From NCBI GenBank assembly GCA_002633005.1, contig NMRA01000125.1, forward strand, positions 844,414 through 908,413: a stretch of 64,000 nt of DNA. The letters run 5' to 3'. Source of the stretch: Phoronis australis (Eukaryota; Animalia; Phoronida). Below the pieces are notes generated by a model. The model made no database searches, was not told the origin of the DNA, and saw only the letters and a list, made by a program, of their open reading frames with translations. Made by a program: the position numbers and the translations under genes. Each line of letters opens with the position of its first letter. Positions within the stretch are counted from its first letter, which is position 1. Below, piece by piece: positions 37,499-52,000 of the stretch.

Positions 37499-39295
37499 TA
37501 TAGACTCTATTCACGCGGCGGCCATTAAAATCCAAAGCGAGGCTCACTGCGATAAACAAAGCGAAAGTAGACATTGCGTGAGTTAAATAGCCGGTCTTTC
37601 GAGTCCAACCTGGATACTGAATTTTAATGATGTGTCGACAATTAAACACAGAGACGCAGAAAATTACATTAGAGAACAAGTTAAGACGCCAAAGAGTTGT
37701 CTGACGAAAGGGTTTAATTTTTTTTCGGAAAACTAGGTTCGAAACATGAAAAGTAAATATGACCAAATTGCAGCAATCGTGGTGTTAAGGATTAGGTATT
37801 ATGGTGAATGCAGGGTTACGTTTTTTCTTGTAAATAAAATACTTTCTACGCGGACCAGGTCATCTGCTCGTATTGTTGACGAGTTGCAGACATATTCGAC
37901 AGTGGTGGCTGTCATGTGCAATTAGTCACATCTGGTTTAATTTGTTGATCAAGAATATTAACATCAAGCATATAGGATGATCCTATGCACTCACTGGGAC
38001 TAACAGTTGATTTGTCATTGATCTGAAAGAATAGTTGATGTTATTAAATACATTTTTTATTAAAATAATAAACCAGACTCGTAATTGAAAATAAAAATGA
38101 TTTGACCATCAATTCTGCTTTCATGGTTGTAATAATTCTTACGTCTATTTTATGTGTTAGATTTCAAATATCAATCTGGACCAAGTTGAATTTTAAATTA
38201 AAACACCTAATTCGTTCGTCCAAAACATAACCTCGTTTTAGAACTCAATTTCAGTTAACTGGACAATGCAATCATAGTTATCATGTTTCTTCAGGAACCT
38301 CGTTCATCCGAGGGGAAAGGTGCCAGTGCCTACTGAGAGGCGATTTTTTCGCCGAGTGAGGGCGGGAACAATCTACCTCCCGATCACCATCAATAGCACC
38401 CCCGCCATGTTGCAAGCTCTCATAGGCTCTGTCTCAATTTAAAGTAGCCTTTTGTGCTTTTAAAAATTGTCACCTGTGTGGTTACAAATGACGTGAACTC
38501 AGAGAGATTTTTCACTAGGGGAATTTTTATACCTCGTGGGGGGAATTTCGCTTGATATTTCAATATTTTTGAGAGGGGAATAGGACCGATATTGGGCCCC
38601 AGATTTGAGGGATTGAGGGCCCTGTTCTTTTTGGAAAGAAGAATTATAATGTTTCAACCCTTAGCAGGGGCGGATCCAGGATTTTGAGTTTGGGGGGCAG
38701 GGCACAGGAATAAGCAGCATTTCGGCAGGTGCGCGCGCCCAGCCTAAAATCTGGGGATGCAGGGGTCTTGAGTTCTTGGGTTTGCAGACCTGTTGACTAA
38801 AAAAAAATGGTAAACGGGGTAGTCATTCAGCGCCTATGCGTTGTTTATTCACCCCCCAAGACCCCCTGGTTGCGCTCGTGTGCTAGTCAGCAATTCGCAC
38901 CCGAACTCAAAAATGGGATTTGATACAATTTTAGGGGGGCACCCCCTCCCCCAAATCCGTAGTCATGAAAATACAGCCTGGCATTCTCCGGTCGTTACTA
39001 CATGATGCTTGACAACTGACCAAGATACGCGACAACATATGATCTACTCATTTCGAAAACATTTATTTTACACGGACATATTTTGCTTCGTCGCGGCGTA
39101 TGGCAACGACCCAACGCTTCCGAATCTCACGTCTTTAGAGATTGTAAAGCAAACAGTTGCGTGTCAGTATTTTTTCTAGCCGTTCGCGGAACAACACGGA
39201 CGGAAACACAGACTCTTATGCCGATAAGCTAACAGAGCTATCGTAGCGAGCCTCGTTTTGGAACGCGCCTCCTATCGGCGTGAATAGGGTCTATA
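37499..39295. mobile_element. Putative ~1.8-kb non-autonomous DNA element with a nested short repeat (~38664-38965)
   Basis: Inverted ends tatagactctattcacgc / gcgtgaatagggtctata (17/18). Confidence 0.5.
38664..38965. mobile_element. Dispersed MITE-like family C (cagg..cggat(c/t)(c/t)agg end); related ends ~1927-2085 (inverted), 30247-30590, 42006-42134, 44205-44346
   Basis: Recurrent ggcggatccagg/ggcggatttagg terminus followed by G-runs. Confidence 0.5.
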
Positions 39296-40184
39296 CATGT
39301 ATAGTGGAGATCAACTGATTTTCACAACTATACAAGGACGAATATCCTAACTATGGGCCGCTGATGGATACAGAATGTCCAGAGGGGGCCCCAAAATTAC
39401 ATCCCGGCAATTCTGTTTTGTTCATCCCCACAGGGAAAGGGCGGCCCTAAGACCCCTACACTGTAAGTATGCCAACGTGGTGCACGTCACGATCAATTCG
39501 AAGAATAATCTGCCTCCATTGAATAGACAATGCTTCAGATGTGGCAAGGTAGACAAGACATCTCGAGCTCCCATATCACAAAGTTACCAAACATGATGGC
39601 GCGATATGTGTCCGCCCGGTACAATTGTCTCCTGAACAAAGTGAGATTTTTTTGTGCAGATGCTCAAACTATCGCATCAAAAAGTATGGCAGCAATTGGA
39701 AATTATTGGAGCATACTACGTGTGCGTATTATCAAGCAGGCTACCAACTCTACAAGAACTATATTGATTCGCTATTCTATCTACATGTGTAGACTTCGGT
39801 GTACTTACCAATACAATTGTCAATATGTTCATCGCGCTTATTTTTATCAGTAGTCATTCGCACTGAGACGTCTTCTTATCGAGACTGGGCAGTATGCGTA
39901 GAAAGCACGATACTACATTTACAGTCAAAGGATAGAGAGTGAATCACATCCACGTACGCGCCTCTTAATTCCGGCTACGGACTAGCGACGCGCTTATGGA
40001 AACTTGTCCCCCTGCCTAGGTGCGTTTGGTCACCGCGATAACACGGGTGAGAAACAACATGACAGCCGGTCCTCTAAACAGGACCTCCGGGGATCAAATG
40101 GGACCGCCGCACCAGAAAATGGGACTGACGCACCTAAAAACAAGTAGAGCATTTTCGGCGCTGTTTTGGAACTGAAGCCGCCGG

Positions 40185-40252
40185 GTCGTGCATGTGCAGG
40201 CCTGAAGGTCGTGCATGTGTGGTCTGAAGGCAGTGCATGTGCCGGTGTGAAG
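40185..40252. repeat. Three ~22-bp units (gtcgtgcatgtg...tgaag)
   Basis: Directly visible, imperfect. Confidence 0.75.
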
Positions 40253-41193
40253 ATTTTTACCGCGGATTTGGTGTCTGTGAGGGGCTGGGATTTATCTGGA
40301 ATTTAGAGGCGCTGCCATAAAATTGTTTCCACCCTGTATGTTGTCAAATGCGATGAAAATCAGATTATCAGTCTCTGAGGACGAAAAGATGAAAGTTTGT
40401 CCTTTTTAACCTATGCGGGCAGCACGTCCCAGTACGGGTTCACGACCGCATACTACATCTATGGTTACGCAATCATGACCTAGGCATCGGGTATTACATA
40501 GGGTTCGTGCATGTGGGTCGCGTGCAGTTGGAGAGTGCACTCTGGCTGTAGTCGCAGCATTTCGACTCTGTCGTTACTCAGAGATTTGGCGGCTGCAACA
40601 CGACTATTGCCACCTAGCGTTGTCCACAAAAAGTCAACAATGGCACTCGTAACATTTACGCTCTACAAGACGACATGGATTTTTGGTATGCTTGGGTAAT
40701 AAATAAAGCATTGGTTCCGATTAATAGGCGAGTACTCATATTTTTAGAATATTTTAGTAGTATTTTTGGAAACCCTGCATACATGTACATGTATAGGTGG
40801 GTGCCACATTTGCAAAAGGACTCGGTCTGCGATCGAGCCTGGGAAATATAGGGACAACCGAGTGGTGGGCACTGGCAGTGACGGCCACTCACTGCAGCCT
40901 AGCTTCCCTCAAATGTCGCAATTCTGGTCATAAACACAACGTATCAAATGTTACATTCTCAAAAATATTTGTATAGCTACACGTAGGCTCTATTAAACAC
41001 ATGGGTTATTCACGTAAACGTGATTTTACGCTTATCATGATGCGCCCTGGAGTGAAACTTGAAAAAACGCATTTTGCCGCTTCCTAACTTAATGCAGAGC
41101 CCGCATGAGTGACCGACAAGGTTGCGGCTGCAATCGTCTCTACACTAAAAAAAACTCCCTTCAGCATTAACTTTCACTACAACGTGTTCCTAC

Positions 41194-41302
41194 CGTGTGT
41201 CAGTTTATCTTGGGGTTCATCAGTCTGCGAATCCTCGCTGCTGATGCCAACTTCGTTTATCAATTCCCTGTTGTCTAAGGACACGCGTTGGCAGTCAGAT
41301 TC
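41194..41302 (-). CDS. Candidate internal exon (ESDCQRVSLDNRELINEVGISSEDSQTDEPQDKLTH), probably spliced to the 27853 exon
   Basis: Polypyrimidine tract + ag| at 41302, G|gtagg at 41194, 109 nt open. Its phase-1 end (G) joins AA at 27853 to make GAA in frame. The linkage is inferred from phase only. Confidence 0.5.
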
Positions 41303-44300
41303 CTTCAAAAACAAATACAAATAAACGTCACGCGTTGGCAGTTAACTCATCCCTCAAAAGCCAATGAAAACCAACCTAATAGCAAGCGTTTGGAAACTAA
41401 ATACACGTAACAAAAGTGAATCGATCCAAACCTAAACATACACCTGTATAACGTGGAGAACTTAATGAGCAAGTGTGCGCGGACGAGCGTTGCACAAAAA
41501 TATGGAAATTTCATTTGCTAAAAAAGCAGACGTTCATTTCAGTACGTTAGTATTTCAGACGCCAACAGACTACATTATACCGAAAGCGACTTAATGTATT
41601 CAGATGCTTTCCATTCATCACACTTATTTCGGCAATAAGTGGTCCAAAAATATGCATTTCAAAAACGAGCCTCTGTGTAATACAAATCCATTACTGCAAT
41701 TAGCTATGTAATTTGTGAAACAAGTTACAGAAGCCCTCCTGGTTTGTCGTGGATGAACGGGAAACGAAGATAATCGGCTAAATATACTCGGCCACCAGCC
41801 AACAGATTGCTGTTCTATAATTAGGATGGTGGACGTGTCCGGTCATTTTTGTTTGTTTACTTTCATTCGTCCACTGTTTAGCAATACGATGAGTAAGGGA
41901 AAAGATTAAATTTCGTATCAAAAACTATCAGAGTGAACAACCCGTAACTCAAAACGCAGCATTAATTAGATTCGGATCAAACGACGATGAAGAAAATTTG
42001 TGACACAGGCGGATTTAGGTTGTCGTAAGGGGACCCAATCACAATATTTGAAGGCCAAAAGTATCTGCGTGAGATTTAAGAATGGCACGCTGGTGGTCAT
42101 ACTTTGGTCTTACCCTTCACCCTAGATACGCCTGTGAAGCAATTCACATTACACATGGTTCACCACCTTACAGTCTCATATTAAGTACATACGTACATGC
42201 ACATGTAGTTCAAAATTTTCAACTGAAGAATTCAACTGTGTTTTGACGCAAAGTATCGTTTACTTTTCACAACAAGTTAAGTAGCCTCAACTGGAGTTTT
42301 GTAGAGCTCAGGGATGTCCATATGATACAATTATTCCATAAAGTACATGTGAAGGCAATCGAAAATTTTGCCTCTCACACATCGTTATGTGCATATTTGA
42401 ACGAAATTACTGTAATTATAATGACTGCCGCAAAAGTAATCTTACTGGCCCTGATTTACAAGTGTACATGCATATTCAATCGCAGAGTTTTCTCAAACAC
42501 ACGCTGGTTAGCAAAGTATACAGCATGTGCGGCGCACCCTATGGGGGGGGGCTGAGGAGCTACAGGCCACCCACTTATTTCAGTTCTGCTCCGCCCATAC
42601 AGCGCGGGATAACCATGACAAGGCGATATTTGATGGACAGCTTGTTCCTGGTGAGCGGCACATAAACGATATTACCAAAAATCGTGACCTAATTATGAAA
42701 GAGGCACTGGATTCAGTCGCAAAGTTGACAGGGGTCCTTTGCAGACGCTCCGGGGAGTGTACTCTATCCATAACAACGGACAGAGAAAAAGAGGCACAGC
42801 CACTCAAAATTCAAGCCAACGTGAAGCTTGGGCAACCAAGGAATGGGTATCCGAGGCAATGCGAAATGATGAAAACCCCTACTCGATACTAATCACCGAC
42901 CCTCTTTTTCATCGCCATCTCTTCCCGTGACCCTGCCGAAGATGCCAGTCTTACCGATATCACACAAGGTCAGAGCACCGACCAGAAAAATCTGCTAACC
43001 CGATACAATTGCGCCAAATCACCGGTACAAGTCATGTGCCCATCTGTAATGGCACTTGAAGTAAAATACCAATCTGAGTTGGCAGCACCTCTCTATAACT
43101 ACGCCTTCTAGGGAACCCCACCCTCTCTCCCCGACCTGTTACTCAGCATTATGAAAACTTATTTTCGAAACCGCGAATTGACAGTTCACACACATGTAGT
43201 CATCGATTAGCACACATACAACTGCAATTATTCAAGTTTATGCATGTTGTGCACCAATACTGGTGCTAGTCGCAACGATGAAGAGCACACGAATTCTCAA
43301 ACCGCTCAACTTGCGAAGAAATTAACAACGCCCTTGTTCAGTCGTGAAGTACGTTGGAGTTCAGCAGCATACACCAACAGCCGACAATACTTCGAGTTTT
43401 CCTAGTCGAACACGTTCACCTCCGCCGAGTTCCGATGCAGAACCCCACATAACCTCCTGAATTCAATATGTTATACAATGATTCCGAATTTCCATATTTA
43501 ATGAGACACAAATCGCAGTGTATGCAAATATACGTTACCATGACCTCATCCAACGTCACTGAAGGAGTCGCGGACAGCGCTTCCACTGGTGGAGAAATAC
43601 GTTATCAATATTTTTTCAACCTAGTAATCTGAACAGCAATATCCCCGCCTTTCGCTTCCATATGGATTCTAATTGGTGAAGGCAAATACTAATGGCTAAG
43701 TGATTAGCTAGCGTCTTTAGCAGAAGGTTCTGGAATTCACGCCAACACTCCTAAACGCTTCAAATCGTCTGTGTACTTGCATACAACGTGCAGACGGTCG
43801 CGAGTAGACTGATTTTTTGTGAGTGCAGACTTTTTAAGTGGAGGCAAGCTGACTGACAGGATTCTCTTAACATATTTTTTAGATAATTTGATGACTCAGT
43901 CCTCGTGATCGACTTACACAAACATGTTCATCACTCGTGCAACATTAATCGACCGAGAACAATAGATTTGCTTACGGATTAATGCAACGACTCGACCAGA
44001 ATGCAGTCTCTTTTCAGGGTTTTATTTGGAAATATTCACGCGATGTATTAAGGAAAAATAAAATTTGGTTCAATACTTTTCTGTCGATATCACTACTTCA
44101 CGGTAAGTAAAACAGTTTGAAATTCTAACCAAATAAACGAATGAAGTGTAACGGAAGTTGATATCGCGTTCTAATACACAGATCTCCCTCCTAGGAGAAA
44201 CCTGCAGGAGCGGATCCAGTATATTTTTAAAAGGGGAGGGGTCGAATCAAGGATTTTTCAAAAAGGGAGGCCCGAATCAACAATTTGATAATTATAGATT

Positions 44301-44346
44301 TGATATCACTAAAATCCGCCCGCGCGAGGGGTAAAAAGGAGGCCCG

Positions 44347-44748
44347 NNNNNNNNNNNNNNNNNNNNNNNNNNNNNNNNNNNNNNNNNNNNNNNNNNNNNN
44401 NNNNNNNNNNNNNNNNNNNNNNNNNNNNNNNNNNNNNNNNNNNNNNNNNNNNNNNNNNNNNNNNNNNNNNNNNNNNNNNNNNNNNNNNNNNNNNNNNNNN
44501 NNNNNNNNNNNNNNNNNNNNNNNNNNNNNNNNNNNNNNNNNNNNNNNNNNNNNNNNNNNNNNNNNNNNNNNNNNNNNNNNNNNNNNNNNNNNNNNNNNNN
44601 NNNNNNNNNNNNNNNNNNNNNNNNNNNNNNNNNNNNNNNNNNNNNNNNNNNNNNNNNNNNNNNNNNNNNNNNNNNNNNNNNNNNNNNNNNNNNNNNNNNN
44701 NNNNNNNNNNNNNNNNNNNNNNNNNNNNNNNNNNNNNNNNNNNNNNNN
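44347..44748. other. Assembly gap (402 N)
   Basis: N run. Confidence 1.
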
Positions 44749-44751
44749 GCT

Positions 44752-44821
<70 letters not shown>

Positions 44822-45068
44822 GTGTGGTGACGGTGATGGTGATGGTGATGATGATGATGATGACGATGATGGTGTGGTGACGGTGATGATGAAGGCGATG
44901 ACGATGATGATGTGGCGATGGTGATGGTGAAGATAATCGTGGTGGTAATTGTGGGTGATGATGGTGAGTGACGACAACCATGATTCTGATGATGGAGGTG
45001 ATGATGACGATGGTGATGACGACGATAATGATTAAAGTGACGATGGTCATGATGACGATGATGATGGT
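44749..45068. repeat. (GCT)n(GAT)n and degenerate GAT/GGT low-complexity tract next to a gap
   Basis: Directly visible. Confidence 0.95.
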
Positions 45069-48000
45069 GGAATGTACAAAATGCGTCAGTACCTGTATGT
45101 TCTGCAATGGTTTCCACAGTCTCAGTGACAAACACAGTTACCCTAGCGATCTACATGTATTTATATCCACGGACAGCACACTGATCTCATAATCGAACAT
45201 GTGCACAAGCACATGTACAACCTACATGTATCAATTCATATCCACCTCTCAAACACAAGTCGCCCAAGCTTGTCTACGAACAATAGGGTTAATTCACAAA
45301 ACGCTTATTCATTTGCGCTTCCGGTAGATTTTCGTTATCGTAAACAGCAGATCACATTTTAATTACGGATAACACTCGGGGATGCTATGTAAAAATACTG
45401 AAACAATACAGGTAAGACCTCACGTGTTTGAATGTGGAGATAGGTTGTATCAAAAAGACCACGAATGTATTGTACCGCAATGACGTCTAAAGTAATCTCG
45501 TGTCAGCAAAATTTAATTTGGTTTATGTGTACCTGTCAATTCAACATTATATTGTAGCTGAAATTACATTATCGGTTTAAATCAATCCAACCATAGTTTC
45601 ACTGAACAATTTCACAACAATTACATTGGCCAAACACTGAATGGTTGTAGACTGCAGCTGTTTTGCACAAGGGAAATTCACTACGTGTATTGGAACAGGT
45701 TGTGCGTGCACTGCAGCCACATTGCAGGGAAACGTCCGGAGGAAAGTACGAAAGGATAGGCCCAATGTAAATTTAGTCTATAAATGTTACCTAACAGAGA
45801 CTAGGCGGTTCCGCGATCCTGGATCATAAAAATGACATCGAGTAACTTTGCAACAAGGACAAGATTGATCAACTCATCGCAATAGTTTTCTTTTAACATT
45901 AATTCCATTTTGATGTCCCGTGAGTAACTTCACAACATTGGTTCTGTACTCACTAAGTTTGTCGTGAAATGCTCAGTACCGATCAGCTTCACCTATTTTG
46001 TAACTCTTCTAATAAGAAGTGAAAGCATCAGTCAGGGACTTGACTGCCGGTACAGGTATTTTCGACTTGCACGAAACCGACTGCGCGCAGGTTGGTGGGA
46101 TCAGGTTCATATTGTAAAGAATAATACATGGGCGGCGCACCTTAAGGGGGCTGAGGATATAGCAGTGAAAGTTTCAGTGCTGTGCCGCCTATGGTTACAT
46201 ATAGGCAGCGCACCATAAGGGGTTGAGGGTTATCATAGCTCGATCCACACTTATTGCAGTCAGTGCCCATGTAATATAGCTACCAATATCGATGAGCATG
46301 ATCAGGCACGAGAATTTCGCGACGTGTCTCATATTTCCCAAAGTGTTGTGCTTTCTTAAATTTCATATTTGTGTCTACGAATTTCCGTCCAGACATATCA
46401 TGGGCGCCATAGGGGGCTGGGAGGGCGTGGGCTATGCCCCCCCCACTTATTTCAGTGCCGCTGCGCCGCCAATGCTTATTACAAAATGTACAATATCCGC
46501 AGCGTTTTGTATTAATAGCAGGTACGGGTGCAGCAATGTCGCGATTTAACTCAGCTGCATACAGGTCGACCTATGAACGCTGGGCCGACTTGATCTTCTG
46601 AGCAGCGCCAGCCTATATATATAGAGACATGCGTCATCAGCTGAACCTGGTTGCTTTAGAAGCCGGTGGAGTGCAACAATTAACGACATCACATTACTGA
46701 TCAGTGCCCAAGCACGTTGCCATGGTTGGTGACCGAATGCACCAGATGACGTGCAACAATCAGGAATCGAGCATACTCGAAAAAAAAATTATCTCGAAAT
46801 TATTTTTGACATTTTCCATTGACCCTTAGCACACAATCGAGACACTGCGTTTAGTTTCCAGTGCTCGATACGGTTAATGATAATGGGTGTTTAGACCACG
46901 TGCGCACTTGATGACCCCTACAATGAGATTCCGCGGGCTACAAACCCGAGTAAAGAATTAAGATTTCGAGTTGACTCAAACATCTACGGTGTTATAACAC
47001 TGGGGTAATCATGTGCAAGCCATGGTTACACAGTCATCTAACTAAACGTGAACTCGAGACCAGAATAATAGACACTTAGTTTGAGTCCGCACATAAGTAG
47101 AACTGAAAAGGTAAACATAATTTCTAGTACAATTAAACTTAGACCCCGGCCGACGAGCCCTGAGATGTCTTCATAAAAAGTGACTCAGGACTTTAGAAAT
47201 TTGAGCTGACACTCCACACAACACTTTCAGAAAAATAATAAAATCTCACTGTAGGAAAATACAAAGTCTCTGCTCGTTATCGAGCTTATTCGAATGAATT
47301 ATTCCAAAGGTTGTAATGTATAAATAATAACACGGTTGAATCTGTCTTTAGTAACTGTGTGGCGGCGTACATGTAAGACCACACTTCTGCCTTAGTCAAT
47401 TTTCACCAGACTCCTGAGCTGTTGCGTGAAGTGAGTTTCTTGCGAGAAAAGTGAGACCGTACGAGAGATCGCCACGCATTAACAGCGAAGCACATGGGAT
47501 TGATCTACTAGATCAAGTTTACTCGCGAGTGTCTTGCGACCACGGAACGTAGGCCTACCTCAGATTTGCAACGCAGTCATGCAAGTTTTTTAAACACTAC
47601 AGCCCATACATGGACATTCAAGTTCATATGAGAGCATACAACACTCCTTGTCGGCATAAAATGAGCAGGAACAATTACACATTACCCCATTAATCACAAC
47701 ACTGTGTATAGCCACTTGGTCGGCGTAATGGCAGTCATTCCAAGACTGCGCATAAACTTATAATTTTCTCATTGAAATATAAACATGTATATGCCATACG
47801 GTATAGCCTTGACTTGTAAGTTTCTTTATAACCATGTTTGAACTTCGAAATGCTAACGAGAAGACCAGACTTAAAAATGGGAATGAGGGACGATAAAGGG
47901 AAAGGGCAGGAAGGCCGAAAACAAGAGGACAGGGGAGATTATATGGGAAAAACGGGGTTGTGACGTACTTGTATCTCTTACTTCACTTTACGGGTGTTAC

Positions 48001-49020
48001 CTGAGCTGTATGTTGGCACTTGCTGTCCTTTGTAAATAATTATCCTGATGATGTCTAATGAATAGACGGAACGCTGATTGAACATGAACTTTTTTATTTG
48101 TGCGGCGATCGTCCATTTTTTAATGGAAAGAGTTATTAAGTGCCACTGTTTTGTTGCGTGTCTAACGTTAGCCGTCACCACTGCCCTTTAAACATGTACG
48201 CTTTCACGAATAACAACAAATCAAATTTCAGTTAAAAGTAACTTTTCTCCACTGAGAAAATGTGGATTAATCGTTATTCGACGCAGTTGCTCAGCGGTAT
48301 AGTGAACGATACTTCTCACTAAGTTGATGCTCACTGCAGTTTTAATGGCCGCATACTAATAAATCACTAGGCTGAATCGAAGATGTCACATGTACTTTTA
48401 CAACCCGGTCGTCCTTACACTGCTCGTCCTTTCCTCACTTCGATTTTTCTGGTGTGGCGTTTTCATCGTCCTAGCTTCACGTCATATTGGACGATGAAGC
48501 CTCATGATCACTGTATAAAACAATTTTGCGCTGAAGGAATCGATACACCCACCTACAGTGAAATGCGCAGTATTCACTTTTTATACTACGCCAACAGCAC
48601 GTGTCGTTATTCCTTATTGAAAGTAAGTTGAATTGTCCATAGCAATGCACTATTAGGGTTTCTCGTAGCCTTGTTCTTTTGTGTTCGTATTGTCTATTGT
48701 TTAATGAATGCAGTGAAGGTGTAACATAATTTTTTGATATTTTTCTGTGTTGGCCTCGGATTTTCATGTGCCGGGTTATTTTATTAACCCTTTTTACAAC
48801 GTTTGTGTTTTACTGAATGTGTTTTTTTTAGTTTTACAGGAGGCCTTTCTCAAAAGATCTATCAACTTATCCACCATCTGAAGCCCAGCTCAGAAATCTA
48901 AGTCACGTTCAATTTGACGCCAGCTGGAGAGCAGAGCAAAACCAAACTACGATTATTCCAGCAAGACTTGAAAAAGCTTAGCGTAATACACCCTTACGGC
49001 CAAGTCGTGATCTTAGGCAC

Positions 49021-49027
49021 ACACTCA

Positions 49028-49062
<35 letters not shown>
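49021..49062. repeat. (CT)n(CA)n microsatellite
   Basis: Directly visible. Confidence 0.9.
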
Positions 49063-49063
<1 letters not shown>

Positions 49064-52000
49064 GCAGCAGAACACATCAATCACCTTATCGTGGTTTCAG
49101 CAAGACTTCTTACCTGAACATTCACGTGTTTACCGGGCCAAATTAGTCCGTGAACGTCTCCCTCCCACACACTTTGCTCCTGGAACGGTTTAACTTCAAG
49201 ATTGATCACCTAGACTCTTCACCGCGATCAGATTCCGTCATTGTTTCACATTAGATTCCAGTTAAAACACAGACTGGACTCGGCTGCATTTCATTAATGC
49301 GGGATCAGCTGCTTCGTGTGACGTCACGTCTTGGAGAAAATCTATTAATGAGCTAACAACCGGGCGGACGGTAAACTCAGGCATAACAGGATGGCTGAGA
49401 TGTTAACAGTTTTATCGACCCGTCCATCGTCATTTCTAATGTACAACAGGCTTTGGGGTACTAGGGTGAGGCTATTTTTTCAAATTTGATGAGTATTTGA
49501 CGAAAAATAGTTTACACAATTGAACTGCTGGATAAAGACTGCAAACAGAAAAAAAAAAAAAATGTTAACTCCACTCGGCAGTAGAGTTCAACAATTAGGT
49601 AAAACTATAGGCCTCCACAATAAGAAACAGTGCAAACATTTAATATGCATTTCATTTCGTCCTAAGCGCAGATATTAATTTCCTGCCTCAAGGAAAAAAT
49701 ATATTAGCTGCGCTTTGCACGTCTTGTACTTGAAATCAATAAAACAAAAAGGTCACAAAGGAAGTGATCTGGGAATCGAAAGACCAAGCTCGTAGCTGGG
49801 GTTTCCGTGCGCCTGCACTTCGCGAGACTACTAGTCAGTCAGCGCGCCATGCGGCAATTAAGTGCTGAATACAACCCGGCGTATCTCGTGTGTCCGGCGA
49901 GCTATACACTATATAGTGACGCGGACTGGCCATCCGGCTTTTCACAGAATAAATCGCAACCAAGCCATACATGTCTCGTTGTTGAAATAGGCCCATGAGC
50001 TGACTTCAAACACACATGCATTTTGGGGTAGAATGCTGATAAGCCAAGCAAAGTGCTTCTATTGTGGTAGTGAAACAATTAAGGGAAGGCTCTAGAGTTC
50101 CGCTCGAGATACATACTCATTGTCTGACGGAAATATTCACTGAGCTGTTTAACAGTGGCAATATTGTTTATGCTGTAAGGGGCTTTGCGAATGCAGAACG
50201 GAGATAACTTAGATGACAATTTGTTTGGGGTGAAGGAAGCCAGACTACCGGGGTAAAAAAATATGTTTACAGAAAGTATTCTAGAATTAGTATTTGGCGT
50301 TCACCAGTGGTAAAAATTTTAATTATCTTTACCACCACGAGGAAACCAATGCATTCTCCGCTTTGATATCATGCGGTATTGACGTAAACGTCATTGATTA
50401 GGCCTCGCGCGCCGGTACATTTACCTCAGTGGCTCAGATGCCATGAGCGAGTCCAGCAAGTTAAGTTGGACGCCGGCATGACAATGACCGAAAGCAAAGA
50501 CAGGCACTGTGCGACACCTTCCCAAAACTTACTGAAAAGGGAATGTAGGCGCCACGTTGTCCGCTTATTTTTTAGCTAGGTAGATACGTCCCACTGAAGA
50601 AAATACTAAATCTCAGGCTCTAGGTGCCTTTCATCATAGCACATTGACGTAAGACTTGAAGTTCGATTTGTAGGCTTTAGAAAATATTGTTACTGCAGTA
50701 CGTATTACATCTGTACATTTATGTATACAAACACTGAGTACTGGTGGATGTCATCTTCAAAGCGCCGCACAGTCAGTTTACCGAAGTCTCGAGGAGATAC
50801 GCCGCCCGCGCACAAAGGCAATAATATGCGCATACATGTGCTGGTAACTTGCTCGATCGCGGGTTCTGATGGCTCACCATTGAACTAATCAACCTATTTG
50901 TTTCCATAGAGGGGGCAAAACTTTCCTCTGAATCAAGTCCGTAGTAATTAGCTTCGACATGTTTTTGAACTCAACGGAGAAAATTCATGCATAACTATAC
51001 ACTCAGTGTAGTTTTTTACTTACTAACGTTGTAACCTAAAAGCCCGAGTGTATTCCTAAAGTCGCGTCACCAGAGGGCAGTCGAATCCGGCCACACCGCC
51101 AGTATAGTCGGTATCGCATCGAACTGACCACCCGTTCAGTTTTTACACAACAAGCTTTCCCCATAACAAATTTTGAAGTACTCTTAAGATTCTTCCGGTG
51201 GAAATTTCAACTAATTTTGCCATAATCACAACTTTGAATACAGTTAGTCTTCAAGCGTGCCGATCAAAGCTGTTATTATTGTACGGGAGTCATTTCTCGC
51301 ATCCTGTCACAAGTGGGGACATGTGTCTTGATATCATTGCGACGATTTCATGAAAACGTGAGGATTTATTGGACAACTGTGTGCCTTCCCACGTGGATAT
51401 AATTTACCTCTCTGCTATAAACATGAATGTTTCGTTGTTGATGCAGCGCTTCCGTAATCACCGACTATTTACCATCGGATGCTGCACTGCCACAAATTTG
51501 TACATGTTAATGTGCCAAATTCTATGGGTTCTGAGTGGGGCTTGAATCGCACCACATAATACATGTACGTCTGTGTTTTTATTATCAATGCAACTACATT
51601 ATTCTCCCCGGCAGATGCACATGTTCATCGTATTCTATGACCTGTCTGTCACACACTGACTGTCAGTCTTCTACAAACTACATGTAGACGTGACGTGACA
51701 GTACAAGTCACCTGTGATTTCTGAAACTCCGTCAATCATTTTGAAAAGCAAATTATTTCATAGTATAATATGCCAGGTAATAGATTAGTATTTTATTGAC
51801 CAACGTGCACAAAACTGTTCAACTGCTTCAGCTCCATACTTGAATGAGACCACCATGGAAACAGGTTTCTAGCGTTATGGTGATTTCCCGTTTTATTCAT
51901 GTGGTTGTGTGTCGCACCCGCTCTACATGCGTTTAACAGAATATAGCGAATTAAACCAAAATTGAATGTAAGCACTGACCTATAAGATCCCGGCACTCGG

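Noticed and set aside
39375-39596. RQCFRCGK zinc-knuckle-like peptide
   Set aside because: His and the last Cys are missing; at most a decayed retroelement ORF1 fragment.
42600-43120. Possible decayed LINE reverse-transcriptase fragment
   Set aside because: Only vague motif resemblance across stops and frameshifts; cannot be supported without a search.
44227-45192. His/Ser/Met/Ile-rich ORFs
   Set aside because: Translations of a (GAT)n microsatellite plus an N gap; no splice context.
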